In this document: piece after piece, positions 39,170 to 50,335 of the stretch
Position numbering within the stretch: position 1 is the first letter of the stretch
How the letters are laid out: every line of letters starts with the position of its first letter
DNA from: Candidatus Latescibacterota bacterium
GTDB taxonomy: Bacteria > Latescibacterota > UBA2968 > GCA-2709665
Assembly (NCBI GenBank): GCA_965222075.1
Contig: OZ244937.1
Coordinates: 3,648,001 to 3,712,000 of the forward strand
Length of the DNA: 64,000 nucleotides
Direction of reading: 5' to 3'
Made by a program: the position numbers and the translations under genes
The notes under the pieces: generated by a model
Told to the model about the DNA's origin: nothing
The model's database searches: none
The model's input: only the letters and a program-made list of their open reading frames with translations

Positions 39170-41212
39170 ATGCGGATCGGGATCGATATTGGAGGGACGT
39201 TTACGGATGTTGCGGCGGTTTGGGGAAACGGGCAGGTGGACGTTTACAAGCTGCCTTCCACGCCGGACGACTACGGGCGGGCGGTTGTGGAGGGGGTGCG
39301 CCGGATTATCGATGCGACGGGGGTGGACGGAGCGGAGGTGGCGGAGGTGATTCACGGCACGACGGTGGCGGCCAATGCGATTTTGAGCGGTACGGGCGCC
39401 CGTACCGGGCTGATTACGACCCGTGGGTTTCGGGACGTGCTGGAGATCGGGCGGCTGCGGATGCCCAGGCTTTACGACCTTTCCTGGGAGAAGCCTCCGC
39501 CGCTGGTGCCCAGGCGGCTGAGGCTGGAGGTGACCGAACGGATTGCGGCGGACGGGAGGGTGCAGACGCCCTTGGACGAGGCGGAAGTCCAGGCTGCTGT
39601 GGACTACCTGAAGGCCGAGGGGGTGGCGTCGGTTGCCGTGTGTCTGCTCAATGCCTATGTGAATCCGGTTCACGAAGCGCAGATTGGCGAGGCGCTCCGG
39701 GGCGCGGGGGACTGGACGGTGAGTTTGTCTTTTGAGGTGCTGCCCGAGATCCGGGAGTACGAGCGGACCTCTACAGCCGTGGTCAACGCCTATGTGCTGC
39801 CGGTGGTGCAGAGCTATTTGCGCGGGCTTCGGGACCACCTTTGCGAGTTGGGGGTAGACGCGCCGCTGCGGATGATGCAGTCCGCAGGCGGGGTTACGGA
39901 TGCGCAGACAGCGGCCGAACGGCCGGTGCAGATTATCGAATCGGGGCCGGCGGCGGGTGTGGTTGCTGCTGCTGCGCTGGGGCGGCGCATCGGATGCCCG
40001 GACCTGATTGCGTTCGATATGGGGGGCACGACGGCCAAGGCCGCGCTGGTTGAGGGGGGGCAAATCCCCCGTGCGACGGACTACGAGGTGGGCGGGGGGA
40101 TTTCGCTGTCGGGGCGTTTGATGGGCGGGGGAGGCTACCCCATCCGGGTGCCGTGTGTGGACTTGGCGGAGATCGGAGCAGGTGGGGGCAGCCTTCTGTG
40201 CGTGGATGCGGGGTGGGCGCTGAGGGTGGGCCCCAAGAGCGCAGGCGTCGATCCGGGGCCGGTGTGTTACACTCGGGGCGGAACCCAGCCTACGCTGACG
40301 GACGCCAACCTGCTGCTGGGATATCTGAACCCCGACGGGCTGGCCGGAGGAACGATTCCCTTAGATCTGGAGGCGGCGCGGCGGTGTGTTACCGATGCGG
40401 TTGCCCGGCCGATGGGCCTTTCGGTTGAGGAGGCTGCGCTGGGGGCGCACCGGATTGCCGGGGCGCTGATGGTGCGGGCAGTACGGGCGGTTTCGGCCGA
40501 GCGGGGGAGGGACCCCCGGCAGTACCACCTGCTCGCGTTTGGGGGCAGCGGGCCGCTTCACGCGGCGGGGATGGCGCGAAGTTTAGAGATTCCCCGGATA
40601 CTGGTTCCGGCCGCGCCGGGCCTGTTCTGCGCGACCGGGCTTCTGGCCGCCGGGCTGCAGTACGATCTGGTTCGCACCTGCCTGAAGCGGATCGATACGC
40701 TCGGCGCAGCCGATTTTGAGACCGCCTTCGCAGAGATGGGGGAGGAGGCCGGCCGGATGCTGTCGGGGGCCAGGCTGGAGCGCAGCGCCGATTTGCGATA
40801 TGTGGGCCAGTCCTACGAACTGGGCATTCCGGTTCACGAGGGGGCAACGGAGGCCGACCTGCCGACGGAGCTGAAGGCCGCGTTTGAGACAGAGCACGAA
40901 CGGACCTACGGGCACCGGGCGGAAAGCGACCCGGTTGAAGTGGTGGCGCTTCGCCTGCGCGCGAGCCTCCCCGCGCCGGACCTGCCGCTGCCGCAGGCGG
41001 TTGCATCTGGAGATAAGGGCCGTACCCGGTCCGCCTATTTTGGGGCCTCCCACGGCTGGATCGACACGCCCGTTCTGGGGCGGGGGGATCTTCTCTCCGA
41101 GCCTGCGGAGGGACCTCTTATTGTTGAGGATTACGATTCGACCACGCTGGTTCCGCCCGACGCAACAGGATGTCTGGACGCGTGGGGGAATATTGTGATG
41201 GAGATGGCGTAG
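39170..41212 (+). CDS. Hydantoinase A/5-oxoprolinase-family subunit
   Basis: DIGGTFTD, HGTT, REYERTST, ESGPAAG, DMGGTT and GAGGGS motifs. Confidence 0.93.
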   Translation: MRIGIDIGGTFTDVAAVWGNGQVDVYKLPSTPDDYGRAVVEGVRRIIDATGVDGAEVAEVIHGTTVAANAILSGTGARTGLITTRGFRDVLEIGRLRMPRLYDLSWEKPPPLVPRRLRLEVTERIAADGRVQTPLDEAEVQAAVDYLKAEGVASVAVCLLNAYVNPVHEAQIGEALRGAGDWTVSLSFEVLPEIREYERTSTAVVNAYVLPVVQSYLRGLRDHLCELGVDAPLRMMQSAGGVTDAQTAAERPVQIIESGPAAGVVAAAALGRRIGCPDLIAFDMGGTTAKAALVEGGQIPRATDYEVGGGISLSGRLMGGGGYPIRVPCVDLAEIGAGGGSLLCVDAGWALRVGPKSAGVDPGPVCYTRGGTQPTLTDANLLLGYLNPDGLAGGTIPLDLEAARRCVTDAVARPMGLSVEEAALGAHRIAGALMVRAVRAVSAERGRDPRQYHLLAFGGSGPLHAAGMARSLEIPRILVPAAPGLFCATGLLAAGLQYDLVRTCLKRIDTLGAADFETAFAEMGEEAGRMLSGARLERSADLRYVGQSYELGIPVHEGATEADLPTELKAAFETEHERTYGHRAESDPVEVVALRLRASLPAPDLPLPQAVASGDKGRTRSAYFGASHGWIDTPVLGRGDLLSEPAEGPLIVEDYDSTTLVPPDATGCLDAWGNIVMEMA

Positions 41213-41236
41213 CCTTTAAAAAAGTGGGTTGGATTC

Positions 41237-42400
41237 CTACGCGGCTCCCCAAACGGCTTCCACGACCGCCTCAGCGGCCTCTTTCAGTTCCCGGGCGACA
41301 CGGAACTTGAGACCCGAACCTTCCAGAATGCGGACGCCTTCTTCGGCATTGGTGCCCTGCAGGCGGACGACGACGGGGATGTTCACGGTGATTCCCTGCA
41401 AAGCCTGTACGACGCCTTCGGCCACCAGGTCGCACCGGACAATGCCGCCGAAGATGTTGATGAGCACGGCCTTCACATCGTCGTCGGACATGAGGATGCG
41501 GAAGGCGTTCTGAACCCGTTCCACGTTGGTGCCGCCGCCGACATCAAGGAAGTTGGCCGGCGAGCAACCGGCGTATTTGACGATGTCCATCGTGGCCATG
41601 GCCAGGCCCGCGCCGTTGACCATGCAGCCGACTTCGCCGTCGAGCTTGATGTAGTTGAGGCCGTATTTGGAGGCTTCCACTTCTAAGGGATCTTCCTCGT
41701 CGGTATCCCGGAGTTGGAGGATGTCCCTGTGGCGTAAGAGGGCATTGTCGTCGAAGTTCATTTTGGCGTCAAGGGCCACGAGGTCGCCCTGTTTGGTGAC
41801 AACTAAGGGATTGATTTCGGCCAAAGAGCAGTCGGTGGCCACGTAGGCCTTATGGAGGGCTGTGATGAGCTGTACCCCCTGTTTGAGCCCGTCGCCCTCC
41901 AGACCGAGGCCAAAGGCGAGGCGGCGGGCCTGGAAGGGCTGGAGACCGGCTCCCGGATCAACGGCTTCCTTCAGGATTTTTTCAGGGGTTTTTGCGGCGA
42001 CCTCTTCGATGTCCATGCCGCCCGCCTGGGAGGCCATGACAACAAGCCTGGACTGGGCCCGGTCGAGGACGATGCCCAGGTAGAGTTCCCGGTCGATGTC
42101 GGTGGCCTCTTCGATCCAGACCTGTTTGACCTTCTGCCCCCCGGGGCCGGTCTGGTGGGTGATGAGATCCATGCCGATGATGTTACTCGAGTGCCGATAG
42201 GCCTCTTCGGGGTGCTTGGCGAGTTTCACCCCACCGCCTTTTCCCCGGCCTCCGGCGTGGATCTGGGCTTTGACGACGACGGCGCCGAGGTCCTGTGCGA
42301 TCTGTTTGGCCTCTTCCGCCGTCCTGGCCAGACCGCCGTGGGGCACGGGGACGCCGTGGGATTTGAGGACTGCCTTGGCCTGGTATTCGTGGACTTTCAT
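41237..42400 (-). CDS. sucC: Succinyl-CoA synthetase beta subunit
   Basis: HEYQAK, QIHAGGRGKGGGV, NGAGLAMATMD and NIFGGIVRCD motifs. Confidence 0.97.
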   Translation of the reverse strand: MKVHEYQAKAVLKSHGVPVPHGGLARTAEEAKQIAQDLGAVVVKAQIHAGGRGKGGGVKLAKHPEEAYRHSSNIIGMDLITHQTGPGGQKVKQVWIEEATDIDRELYLGIVLDRAQSRLVVMASQAGGMDIEEVAAKTPEKILKEAVDPGAGLQPFQARRLAFGLGLEGDGLKQGVQLITALHKAYVATDCSLAEINPLVVTKQGDLVALDAKMNFDDNALLRHRDILQLRDTDEEDPLEVEASKYGLNYIKLDGEVGCMVNGAGLAMATMDIVKYAGCSPANFLDVGGGTNVERVQNAFRILMSDDDVKAVLINIFGGIVRCDLVAEGVVQALQGITVNIPVVVRLQGTNAEEGVRILEGSGLKFRVARELKEAAEAVVEAVWGAA

Positions 42401-42472
42401 GGGGGTCTCCTTGCAGATCGTGTCTTGCTCCCCTTTTCATACAAGCGGGAGAAGGGGCCGGTGGATGAGGGC

Positions 42473-44032
42473 CTATACCCTCAAATCTTCTCCTGTCATC
42501 TCCTCCGGTTTTGGGATGCCCATCATCCCAAGCAGGGTTGGGGCGACATCGCAAAGGGCGCCGCTCCGGAGGCTGCCGTTGAATGCGGGGTCGACAATGA
42601 CAAAGGGCACCGGGTTTGTCGTGTGGGCGGTGTGGGGGGTGCCCGTATCGTAGTGGACCATCTGTTCGGCGTTGCCGTGGTCGGCGGTGACGATGGCGGC
42701 GCCTCCGACTTCCTCGATTGCGTTCAGGACTTCTCCCAGGCAGCGGTCCACGGTGCCAACGGCTTCGATGGCGGCTTTCAGGATGCCGGTGTGGCCGACC
42801 ATGTCGGGGTTGGCGAAGTTACAGATGGCCGTGTCGAATTTTTGGGCGAGGATGGCCTCGACGAATTTTTGGGCGACTTGAGGGGCGCTCATTTCGGGTT
42901 TCTGGTCGTAGGTATCTACCTCCCTGGGCGAGGCTATCAGGATTCGTTCTTCGCCCTGGAAGGGGGTCTCCTGCTGTGCGTTGAAGAAGAAGCTGACGTG
43001 GGCGTATTTTTCGGTTTCGGCGATCCGGAGTTGGCGTTTTCCCGCACTGCTGAGGACTTCCCCGAAGATGTTGGGCATGTCCTGGGCCAGGGCTTCGGGC
43101 GGATAGGCGATGCCGTCTACGGGCAGCCCCTTTTCATAGCGGGTCAGACAGGTGTAGTGGACGTTGGGGGGGACCCTGCGTTTGAAGCCGTCGAAGTCGT
43201 CCAGGACAAAGGCGCGCGTGATCTGCCTGGAGCGGTCTCCCCGGAAGTTGAAAAAGAGGAAGGAATCGCCGTGCCGGACGGTTGTCAGGGGTTTTCCCCC
43301 GCCGTTGACCAGGACGATCGGTTTGACGAATTCGTCTGTTTCTCCACGCGCATAGGCGTTTTCAACGGCTTGCAACGGGTGCTGTTCGGGCGTGCCCTCT
43401 CCGAGGGTAAAGCAGTCGTAGACAATCCGGATGCGATCCCAGCGTGTATCCCGATCCATCGCATAGTAGCGCCCACAGATGGTGGCGACTTGGCCCACAC
43501 CCGCCTGTTGGATCATGTCCAGGAGGTCGCGCATATGCGCAGACCCGCTCTTGGGCGGGGTGTCGCGCCCGTCCAGCAGGGCGTGCACGTTGACCTGCGT
43601 GGGTTGCAGCCCCCGGGCCGCGGCCATGCTGAGCAGCCCCGCATAGTGGCTCGGCCAGGCGTGCACGCCGCCGTCGGAGACCAGGCCCACCAGGTGCAGA
43701 CCCCGATCCGTTCCGACGAGACGATCCATCGCCGCGATCAGGGCTCCGTTTTTCAGGAGGCTGCCGTCGTTGACCCAACCGTCTATCTGGGTCATAGCCT
43801 GCATGACCACCCGGCCCGCACCCAGGTTAAGGTGGCCGACCTCCGAGTTTCCCATCAGGCCTTCAGGCAGTCCCACACGGCGTCCGGAGGTGATCAGCGT
43901 GGTGTGGGGGCATGCAGACCAGATCCGGTCCATGGTAGGGGTTTGGGCCAGGGCGACGGCATTGTGATCACCCCTGGGGTTGAGACCCCAGCCGTCGAGG
44001 ACGATCAGGGCGACAAATCGGTTCTTGCCCAT
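42473..44032 (-). CDS. gpmI: 2,3-bisphosphoglycerate-independent phosphoglycerate mutase
   Basis: LDGWG, MGNSEVGH, GRYYAMDRD, AETEKYAHV, NPDMVGH and TADHGN motifs. Confidence 0.97.
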   Translation of the reverse strand: MGKNRFVALIVLDGWGLNPRGDHNAVALAQTPTMDRIWSACPHTTLITSGRRVGLPEGLMGNSEVGHLNLGAGRVVMQAMTQIDGWVNDGSLLKNGALIAAMDRLVGTDRGLHLVGLVSDGGVHAWPSHYAGLLSMAAARGLQPTQVNVHALLDGRDTPPKSGSAHMRDLLDMIQQAGVGQVATICGRYYAMDRDTRWDRIRIVYDCFTLGEGTPEQHPLQAVENAYARGETDEFVKPIVLVNGGGKPLTTVRHGDSFLFFNFRGDRSRQITRAFVLDDFDGFKRRVPPNVHYTCLTRYEKGLPVDGIAYPPEALAQDMPNIFGEVLSSAGKRQLRIAETEKYAHVSFFFNAQQETPFQGEERILIASPREVDTYDQKPEMSAPQVAQKFVEAILAQKFDTAICNFANPDMVGHTGILKAAIEAVGTVDRCLGEVLNAIEEVGGAAIVTADHGNAEQMVHYDTGTPHTAHTTNPVPFVIVDPAFNGSLRSGALCDVAPTLLGMMGIPKPEEMTGEDLRV

Positions 44033-44291
44033 TCGGTTTTATTGCCCTTAAGCATTTAAGGATGTGTTGAGGGGGTGAAAAATACGCTTTTAGAGGCCGA
44101 AAGGCAAGATGAATCAGGAGCAGGAGAGGCAGGATTGAAACGCCTTTATTCCAGGTGAATCGTCCGGGGTGGGTGGGGGTTGCGGTCCACTCAAATTCCG
44201 ACTTGGCAATTGTACATGAATGTGATATTTTATATTCGATCGGTGAAACGTGAATCAATCTGTTTGACTTTAAACCAGAGGATACGGATTC

Positions 44292-47018
44292 ATGGATGAG
44301 GTTCAAGATCCTTTTGGGACACGTGAGCCATTGTCGACGGCCGGGGGGAATGTGATCGTCTACCGGCTGGATAAGCTTGAGGCCGCAGGCGTGGGAACGG
44401 TTTCCCGGCTTCCGTTCAGCGTGAAGGTGCTCTTAGAGGCGGCGCTGCGGAATGTGGACGGGTATCAGGTGCAGGAGGAGGATGTGGCGGGGATGGCAGG
44501 GTGGAACGCGGCCGCTCCGGCGCAGGTGGAGATGCCGTTCAAGCCAGCCCGGGTGGTGCTGCAGGATTTTACGGGCGTGCCTTCGCTGGTGGACCTGGCC
44601 GCGCTTCGGTCCGCTATGGCCCGCATGGGGGGCGATCCCAAACGGATTGAGCCGCTGATTCCAGCGGACTTAGTGATCGACCACTCGGTGCAGGTGGACC
44701 GGTTTGCGCATATCGATGCGCTGCGGATTAACGCCGAGATTGAATTTGAGCGGAATCGGGAGCGGTACGAGTTTCTCCGGTGGGGGGCCAACGCGTTTGA
44801 GCAGTTTCGGGTGGTGCCGCCAGCGACAGGCATCGTGCACCAGGTGAATTTGGAGTATCTGGCCAAGGGGGTGTTTGCACATGAGGAAAACGGCGGGCGT
44901 GTGGCCTTTCCGGACAGCTTGGTGGGGACGGATTCTCACACGACGATGATTAACGGGCTGGGCGTTCTGGGATGGGGTGTGGGAGGGATCGAGGCGGAGG
45001 CAGTGATGTTGGGGCAACCGATTTACATGCTTACGCCCGAGGTGATCGGTTTTGAACTTTTCGGGAGCCTGCCGGAGGGCGCAACGGCAACGGACTTAGC
45101 GCTGACGGTGACGCAGATGCTGCGGGAAAAGGGCGTGGTGGGCAAGTTCGTGGAGTTTTACGGGGCCGGGCTGGCGAGCATTGGGCTGGCAGACCGGGCC
45201 ACGATTGCCAATATGTCGCCGGAATACGGGGCGACCATGGGGTTCTTCCCGGTGGACGAGGAGACGCTCCGGTATATGGAGCGGACCGGGCGGTCGGCCG
45301 AGGCAGTTGACCTGGTGGAGCGATACACCAAGGCGCAGGGGCTGTTCCGGACCGACGAGACGCCGCCGCCAGAGTTTACGGATACGCTTGAACTGCATCT
45401 GGATACGGTGGAGCCGAGCTTAGCCGGTCCCAAGCGGCCGCAGGACCGGGTGCCGCTGGTGCGGATGAAAGATGCGTTTGAGGCGAGTTTGACCGCGCCG
45501 GTGGAGGATCGGGGCTACGGGCTTTCTGAGGAGGCGACGGGGCGGACTGTGACGGTTGCGGCCAACGGCAGGGCCGATATCGGGCACGGGGCGGTGGTGA
45601 TTGCGGCGATTACGAGCTGCACGAATACGAGCAATCCGTCGGTGATGGTTGGCGCCGGCCTGCTGGCCAAGCAGGCGACCGAACGGGGGCTGAAGGTGCC
45701 CGATTATGTCAAGACGAGTCTGGCGCCCGGTTCACGGGTGGTGACAGAGTACCTGAACCAGGCCGACCTGACGAAATACTTAGAGCAGCTTGGTTTCCAC
45801 ACGGTGGGGTACGGCTGTACAACCTGCATTGGCAACAGCGGGCCGCTGCCCGAGCCAGTGGTTGAGGCGATTACCCAGGGCGATCTGGTGGTTGCCTCCG
45901 TATTGAGCGGCAACCGGAACTTTGAGGGGCGGATTAACCCGCATACGAAGGCCAATTACTTGGCTTCCCCGCCTCTGGTGGTGGCGTATGCACTGGCCGG
46001 GACCGTGGATATCGACCTGGCCAGCGAGCCAATCGGGGAAGACAGGGATGGGAAGTCGGTTTATCTGAGGGAGATCTGGCCCAGCCAGAAGGAGGTCGCC
46101 GATACGATTGCCGAGTCGCTGAAACCGAAGATGTTCAAGGCACAGTACAACAATGTGTTTGACGGAAATAAGACGTGGAACGCGATTACCGGGCAATCGG
46201 ACGACCTCTTCGGGTGGGACGAGGCGAGCACCTACATCCAGGAGCTGCCCTTCTTCATCAACCTCTCGCTGGAGCCGGAGCCGGTTCAGGATATTTCGGG
46301 GGCGCTGGCACTGGCGGTGTTGGGCGATTCGGTGACGACGGACCACATCTCGCCGGCGGGCAGCATTGCGGTAGACAGTCCGGCGGGGAAGTACCTGATT
46401 GAGCGTGGGGTCGAACCCAGGGATTTCAATTCGTACGGGTCGAGGCGGGGCAACCACGAGGTCATGATGCGGGGGACCTTCGCCAATATCCGCATCCGGA
46501 ACCTGTTGGCCCCGGGCACCGAGGGGGGCGTGACGGTTCACCTGCCCAGCAACGAGCAGATGAGCATTTACGATGCAGCGATGCGCTACAGAGAGGAGGG
46601 CACGCCCCTGGTCGTTCTGGCCGGGAAGGAGTACGGTACCGGGTCCTCACGCGACTGGGCCGCCAAGGGGCCGGCGCTTCAGGGGGTGCGTGCGGTGATC
46701 GTCGAGAGCTTCGAGCGCATCCACCGGAGCAACCTGGTGGGGATGGGCGTGCTGCCGCTGCAGTTCAAGGAAGGGGACGGGGTGGAGTCGCTCGGTTTGA
46801 CCGGGCGGGAGGTTTACCAGATCGGCGGGATCAGCGGGGATCTGAAGCCGCTGCAGGACGTGGTGGTGACAGCGACGGGTGAAGACGGCAACGCGGTGAA
46901 GTTTGCGGCAACGGTGCGGATCGATACGCCTGTGGAGATCGATTACTACCGCAACGGAGGGATTCTGCAAACCGTATTGCGGAATTTTCTGAAAGAATCA
47001 GGGGGCAGGGGCCAGTAA
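44292..47018 (+). CDS. acnA: Aconitate hydratase A
   Basis: [41 protein letters not shown] and [10 protein letters not shown] motifs. Confidence 0.98.
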   Translation: MDEVQDPFGTREPLSTAGGNVIVYRLDKLEAAGVGTVSRLPFSVKVLLEAALRNVDGYQVQEEDVAGMAGWNAAAPAQVEMPFKPARVVLQDFTGVPSLVDLAALRSAMARMGGDPKRIEPLIPADLVIDHSVQVDRFAHIDALRINAEIEFERNRERYEFLRWGANAFEQFRVVPPATGIVHQVNLEYLAKGVFAHEENGGRVAFPDSLVGTDSHTTMINGLGVLGWGVGGIEAEAVMLGQPIYMLTPEVIGFELFGSLPEGATATDLALTVTQMLREKGVVGKFVEFYGAGLASIGLADRATIANMSPEYGATMGFFPVDEETLRYMERTGRSAEAVDLVERYTKAQGLFRTDETPPPEFTDTLELHLDTVEPSLAGPKRPQDRVPLVRMKDAFEASLTAPVEDRGYGLSEEATGRTVTVAANGRADIGHGAVVIAAITSCTNTSNPSVMVGAGLLAKQATERGLKVPDYVKTSLAPGSRVVTEYLNQADLTKYLEQLGFHTVGYGCTTCIGNSGPLPEPVVEAITQGDLVVASVLSGNRNFEGRINPHTKANYLASPPLVVAYALAGTVDIDLASEPIGEDRDGKSVYLREIWPSQKEVADTIAESLKPKMFKAQYNNVFDGNKTWNAITGQSDDLFGWDEASTYIQELPFFINLSLEPEPVQDISGALALAVLGDSVTTDHISPAGSIAVDSPAGKYLIERGVEPRDFNSYGSRRGNHEVMMRGTFANIRIRNLLAPGTEGGVTVHLPSNEQMSIYDAAMRYREEGTPLVVLAGKEYGTGSSRDWAAKGPALQGVRAVIVESFERIHRSNLVGMGVLPLQFKEGDGVESLGLTGREVYQIGGISGDLKPLQDVVVTATGEDGNAVKFAATVRIDTPVEIDYYRNGGILQTVLRNFLKESGGRGQ

Positions 47019-47051
47019 AAACAACCATCGATGAACACCGGTGAAATCATC

Positions 47052-47076
47052 GTAGGGGCGACCGGCCGGTCGCCCC
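47052..47076. repeat. GTAG-type REP-like palindrome
   Basis: GTAGGGGCGACCGGCCGGTCGCCCC between convergent genes; partial GTAGGGGC copies near 48494(-) and 62688(+). Confidence 0.6.
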
Positions 47077-47077
47077 G

Positions 47078-48460
47078 TTATTTTTTTGCGAAAGATTTCG
47101 CGTCAATGCTGTATTTTTTCAATTTCTGATGGAAATTCTGCCAGGCGATGCCGGCGATTTTGGAGGCGTGGGTGATGTTTCCACCGGTTTTTGTAAGAAC
47201 CTCTTTGACGTAGCCCTGCTCGAAGGTCTCCCGGGCCTCCTGTAAGGAGAGGTGGGCGTAGCTTTCTCTGCCCGCGAGCGCCGACACGGTTTCCTGCTGT
47301 AAGTTTGCAGGCAGGTCGGAGATCTCGATCAAATCGGCCGTAGAGAGGGCGACGGCCCGTTCGATGACGTTTTCCAGTTCGCGCACGTTCCCCGGCCAGT
47401 CGTGTCGGATGAGGCGGGCGATGACTTCCTCCGAGATCTGCATCCGATCTCTTTCTCTCGCATATTTCTGGAGGAAATGCTTGACCAGGAGGGAGATGTC
47501 ATCCCTCCGCTCCCGCAGGGACGGCAGGGGGATCTCGATGACGTCCAGCCGGTAGTAGAGATCCTCCCGAAATCGGCCCTCTTTCACCCCGTGGGCCAGG
47601 TTGCGGTTGGTGGCTGCGATCAGCCGCACATCGGTCTTTTGGGAGGTGGTGGAGCCCACGGGGATGAACTCCTTCTCCTGCAGCACCCGCAGCAACCGGA
47701 CCTGCGCGGCTAAGCTCATTTCCCCCACTTCGTCTAAGAAGAGCGTGCCCCCGTTGGCGGCTTCGAAGATACCGATTTTTTGGGAGACAGCGCCGGTAAA
47801 GGCACCCTTTTCGTGTCCAAACAGTTCGCTTTCTAAGAGTTCCTCGGGGATGGCTGCGCAGTGGAGGGCGTAGAACCGCTGTTCTGAACGGGGGCCGTTG
47901 TAGTGGAGGGCGCGTGCGACGAGTTCCTTACCCGTTCCGGTTCCTCCGGTGATGAGGACCGTGCTCTCCGTAGCTGTAATGCGCTCCATCAGCGCGTAGA
48001 CGTCCTGCATGGCGGGGCTGTTGCCTATGAGGCCTTCAAACCGGTACTTATCCCTGAGCTGCGATTTGAGCAGCCGGTTCTCTTCCGACAGCGTGCGGCT
48101 TTCGATTGCCTTCTGGATGCGCAGGTCCACCGCTTCGGGGGTGGACGGCTTTTCCAAGTAGTCGTGGGCGCCCAGACGACCGGCCTCGACGGCGCTTTTG
48201 AGGCTGCCGTGGGCGGTGAGCATGATCACGACCTGGTCGGGGCGAAGCTGCTTTAAATGCCGGAGGGTTTCCATGCCGTCCATTTCGGGCATCCGGATGT
48301 CCAGCAGGACCACATCGAACCGCACCTCTTCACATTTTTTTATGGCTTCCCGACCGCCGGGCGCGATGGATACGTCGTAATCTTTCAGTTCCAGGCCGAT
48401 CTTGAAGCTCTCCAGCAGGTTGAGTTCGTCATCCACGATTAATACGCGCAATTTGGACAT
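47078..48460 (-). CDS. Sigma54-dependent response regulator (NtrC family)
   Basis: REC domain, GGTGTGKE, ESELFGHEKGAFTGA, WPGNVREL and Fis-type HTH. Confidence 0.95.
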   Translation of the reverse strand: MSKLRVLIVDDELNLLESFKIGLELKDYDVSIAPGGREAIKKCEEVRFDVVLLDIRMPEMDGMETLRHLKQLRPDQVVIMLTAHGSLKSAVEAGRLGAHDYLEKPSTPEAVDLRIQKAIESRTLSEENRLLKSQLRDKYRFEGLIGNSPAMQDVYALMERITATESTVLITGGTGTGKELVARALHYNGPRSEQRFYALHCAAIPEELLESELFGHEKGAFTGAVSQKIGIFEAANGGTLFLDEVGEMSLAAQVRLLRVLQEKEFIPVGSTTSQKTDVRLIAATNRNLAHGVKEGRFREDLYYRLDVIEIPLPSLRERRDDISLLVKHFLQKYARERDRMQISEEVIARLIRHDWPGNVRELENVIERAVALSTADLIEISDLPANLQQETVSALAGRESYAHLSLQEARETFEQGYVKEVLTKTGGNITHASKIAGIAWQNFHQKLKKYSIDAKSFAKK

Positions 48461-48617
48461 GGTATACCCTCGAACGATTGCGGATTGCCCCTACATCCGG
48501 TCCACCTGTCTTTTTTTTCGGTAGAGCAGTACGACATTGGCCAGAAATCCGATGCCCATGAGGGTGTCTAAGACGCTTCGGCGGGTGGGACCGGCTTCCA
48601 ATGACATAGGAGGATCT

Positions 48618-48662
48618 ATTTCGGATTTCGGATTGAAGCGCTTTTATTCCGAAATCCGAAAT
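48618..48662. repeat. Heptamer-based intergenic palindrome family
   Basis: ATTTCGGATTTCGGA...TCCGAAATCCGAAAT; related copies at 37469-37512 and 52087-52129. Confidence 0.65.
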
Positions 48663-48731
48663 CAAAAAGACCGGATGCCTACAGCCCCCGGTCTCCCTGC
48701 TTCGACATGTGATATCTGATTTTGGAAGGAA

Positions 48732-49655
48732 TTATATCTCCAACTTTTCCACGCTGTCCCGGACGGCTTTTGCAGAGAACCGAAAAGCTGCGGATTCCTC
48801 GGGTGTGAGACCAATTTCAACGATCTCTTCCACACCCCCAGCGCCGAGTTTGACCGGGACGCCCATAAAGAGATTGTGGATGCCGTACTGCCCGGTCAGA
48901 TAGGCGGCACAGGGCAGAATTCGCTTCTTGTTGCGCAGGATAGCCGCTACCATTTCCGCAATCGCCGAGGCGGGGGCATAGTAGGCGCTGCCTGTTTTGA
49001 GGTGGCCGACGATCTCTGCACCCCCATCCCGTGTGCGCTGTACTAACCGGGCGATGGTTGGCTCGTCTAAGAGTTCGGGCAGCGGAATGCCTGCCACACA
49101 GGAATAGCGGGGCAAGAGCACCATGGAATCGCCGTGACCGCCCAGGACAAAAGCGGTGACATCTTCTACCGAGACGTCCAGTTCGCTGGCGATAAAATAG
49201 CGGAAGCGGGCGGAGTCGAGGATGCCGGCCATACCCATCACCCGCGAGGGGGGAAACCCTGTGGTTTTAAACGCCACATAGGCCATCGCATCGAGGGGGT
49301 TGGTCACAACAATGACAACGGCGCCCGGCGCGACCCCCTTTACATTTTCGCTTACCAAGCGGACGATTTCCGCATTGGTACAGAGGAGGTCATCCCGGTT
49401 CATCCCGGGTGTTCGGGCGACGCCGGCGGTGATGACGACCAGGTCGCACCCCGCCAGGGCATCCGGATCGCTGGTCCCCACAATGCGGGTGTCGAACCGT
49501 TCCACGGGGGCCGATTGGGCCAGGTCGAGGCCCTTGCCCTGCGGAGTGCCCTCTTCTATGTCGAGCAGCACCACCTCCTGCCCCAGTTCCTGCTCTGCAA
49601 TGTGCTGGGCACAGGTAGCCCCTACGTTCCCGGCACCGACTACTCCAATCTTCAC
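48732..49655 (-). CDS. mdh: Malate dehydrogenase (LDH-like)
   Basis: GAGNVG, R.PGM.RDDL, LDSARF, GGHGD and GSAYYAP motifs. Confidence 0.96.
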   Translation of the reverse strand: MKIGVVGAGNVGATCAQHIAEQELGQEVVLLDIEEGTPQGKGLDLAQSAPVERFDTRIVGTSDPDALAGCDLVVITAGVARTPGMNRDDLLCTNAEIVRLVSENVKGVAPGAVVIVVTNPLDAMAYVAFKTTGFPPSRVMGMAGILDSARFRYFIASELDVSVEDVTAFVLGGHGDSMVLLPRYSCVAGIPLPELLDEPTIARLVQRTRDGGAEIVGHLKTGSAYYAPASAIAEMVAAILRNKKRILPCAAYLTGQYGIHNLFMGVPVKLGAGGVEEIVEIGLTPEESAAFRFSAKAVRDSVEKLEI

Positions 49656-49661
49656 GCCGCC

Positions 49662-49922
49662 CTATCCTGCTTGCGTTTGGATGCTGACCTTTTTTCGGCG
49701 CTTGTCGAGACGTTCGAAGGTGACGATTCCATCGACCAATGCGAAGAGTGAGTCGTCCCTTGCGCGCTTGACATTGTGGCCGGGATGGATACGGGTACCC
49801 CGCTGCCGGATGAGGATACTTCCGGCGGTTACAAACTGGCCGCCGAAGGTCTTCACACCCAGGCGTTGCCCCTGGCTGTCACGGCCGTTTCGGGAGCTTC
49901 CGACCCCTTTTTTATGCGCCAT
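49662..49922 (-). CDS. rpmA: 50S ribosomal protein L27
   Basis: [16 protein letters not shown]...RQRGT. Confidence 0.98.
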   Translation of the reverse strand: MAHKKGVGSSRNGRDSQGQRLGVKTFGGQFVTAGSILIRQRGTRIHPGHNVKRARDDSLFALVDGIVTFERLDKRRKKVSIQTQAG

Positions 49923-50265
49923 TTTCGGCCTCCTTTTGTGCTTCGGAGAGGGCGCCGACCGAAATCCCATCGATTTGGAGTTCGGTGAAGGGTTGCCGGT
50001 GGCCCCTTTTCCGCCGGTAGCCCTTGCGGCGTTTCATCTTAAAAACGACGACTTTCTTATCCTTCCCGTGTCCCAGCACACTGGCTTCTACGGCCGCGCC
50101 GTCTACCTGGGGCGTGCCAATCCGGGTCTCTTCACCTTGAGAGACCATCAGCACCCGATCCAGCGTTATTTTTTCACCGGCTTCGGCCTTCAAGCGGGAT
50201 ACACGGATGCGGTCTCCCTCCTGAACCTTGACCTGGCTACCCGCGATGTCTACGACTGCGTACAT
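49912..50265 (-). CDS. rplU: 50S ribosomal protein L21
   Basis: MYAVV..G.Q.KV...[17 protein letters not shown]. Confidence 0.98.
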   Translation of the reverse strand: MYAVVDIAGSQVKVQEGDRIRVSRLKAEAGEKITLDRVLMVSQGEETRIGTPQVDGAAVEASVLGHGKDKKVVVFKMKRRKGYRRKRGHRQPFTELQIDGISVGALSEAQKEAENGA

Positions 50266-50335
50266 AAAAGAAAACCTCCACTACAGGGTACCTTCGTTTC
50301 AAGACGGCAAAGAGTACCCAAATTAGGGATTTTTG

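Noticed and set aside
41852-44059. Long antisense ORFs (735 aa here; also 11598-13169, 16942-18378, 24363-25799, 50333-51631, 61132-62706)
   Set aside because: They are shadow frames opposite clearly recognisable genes in GC-rich DNA and contain no motifs.
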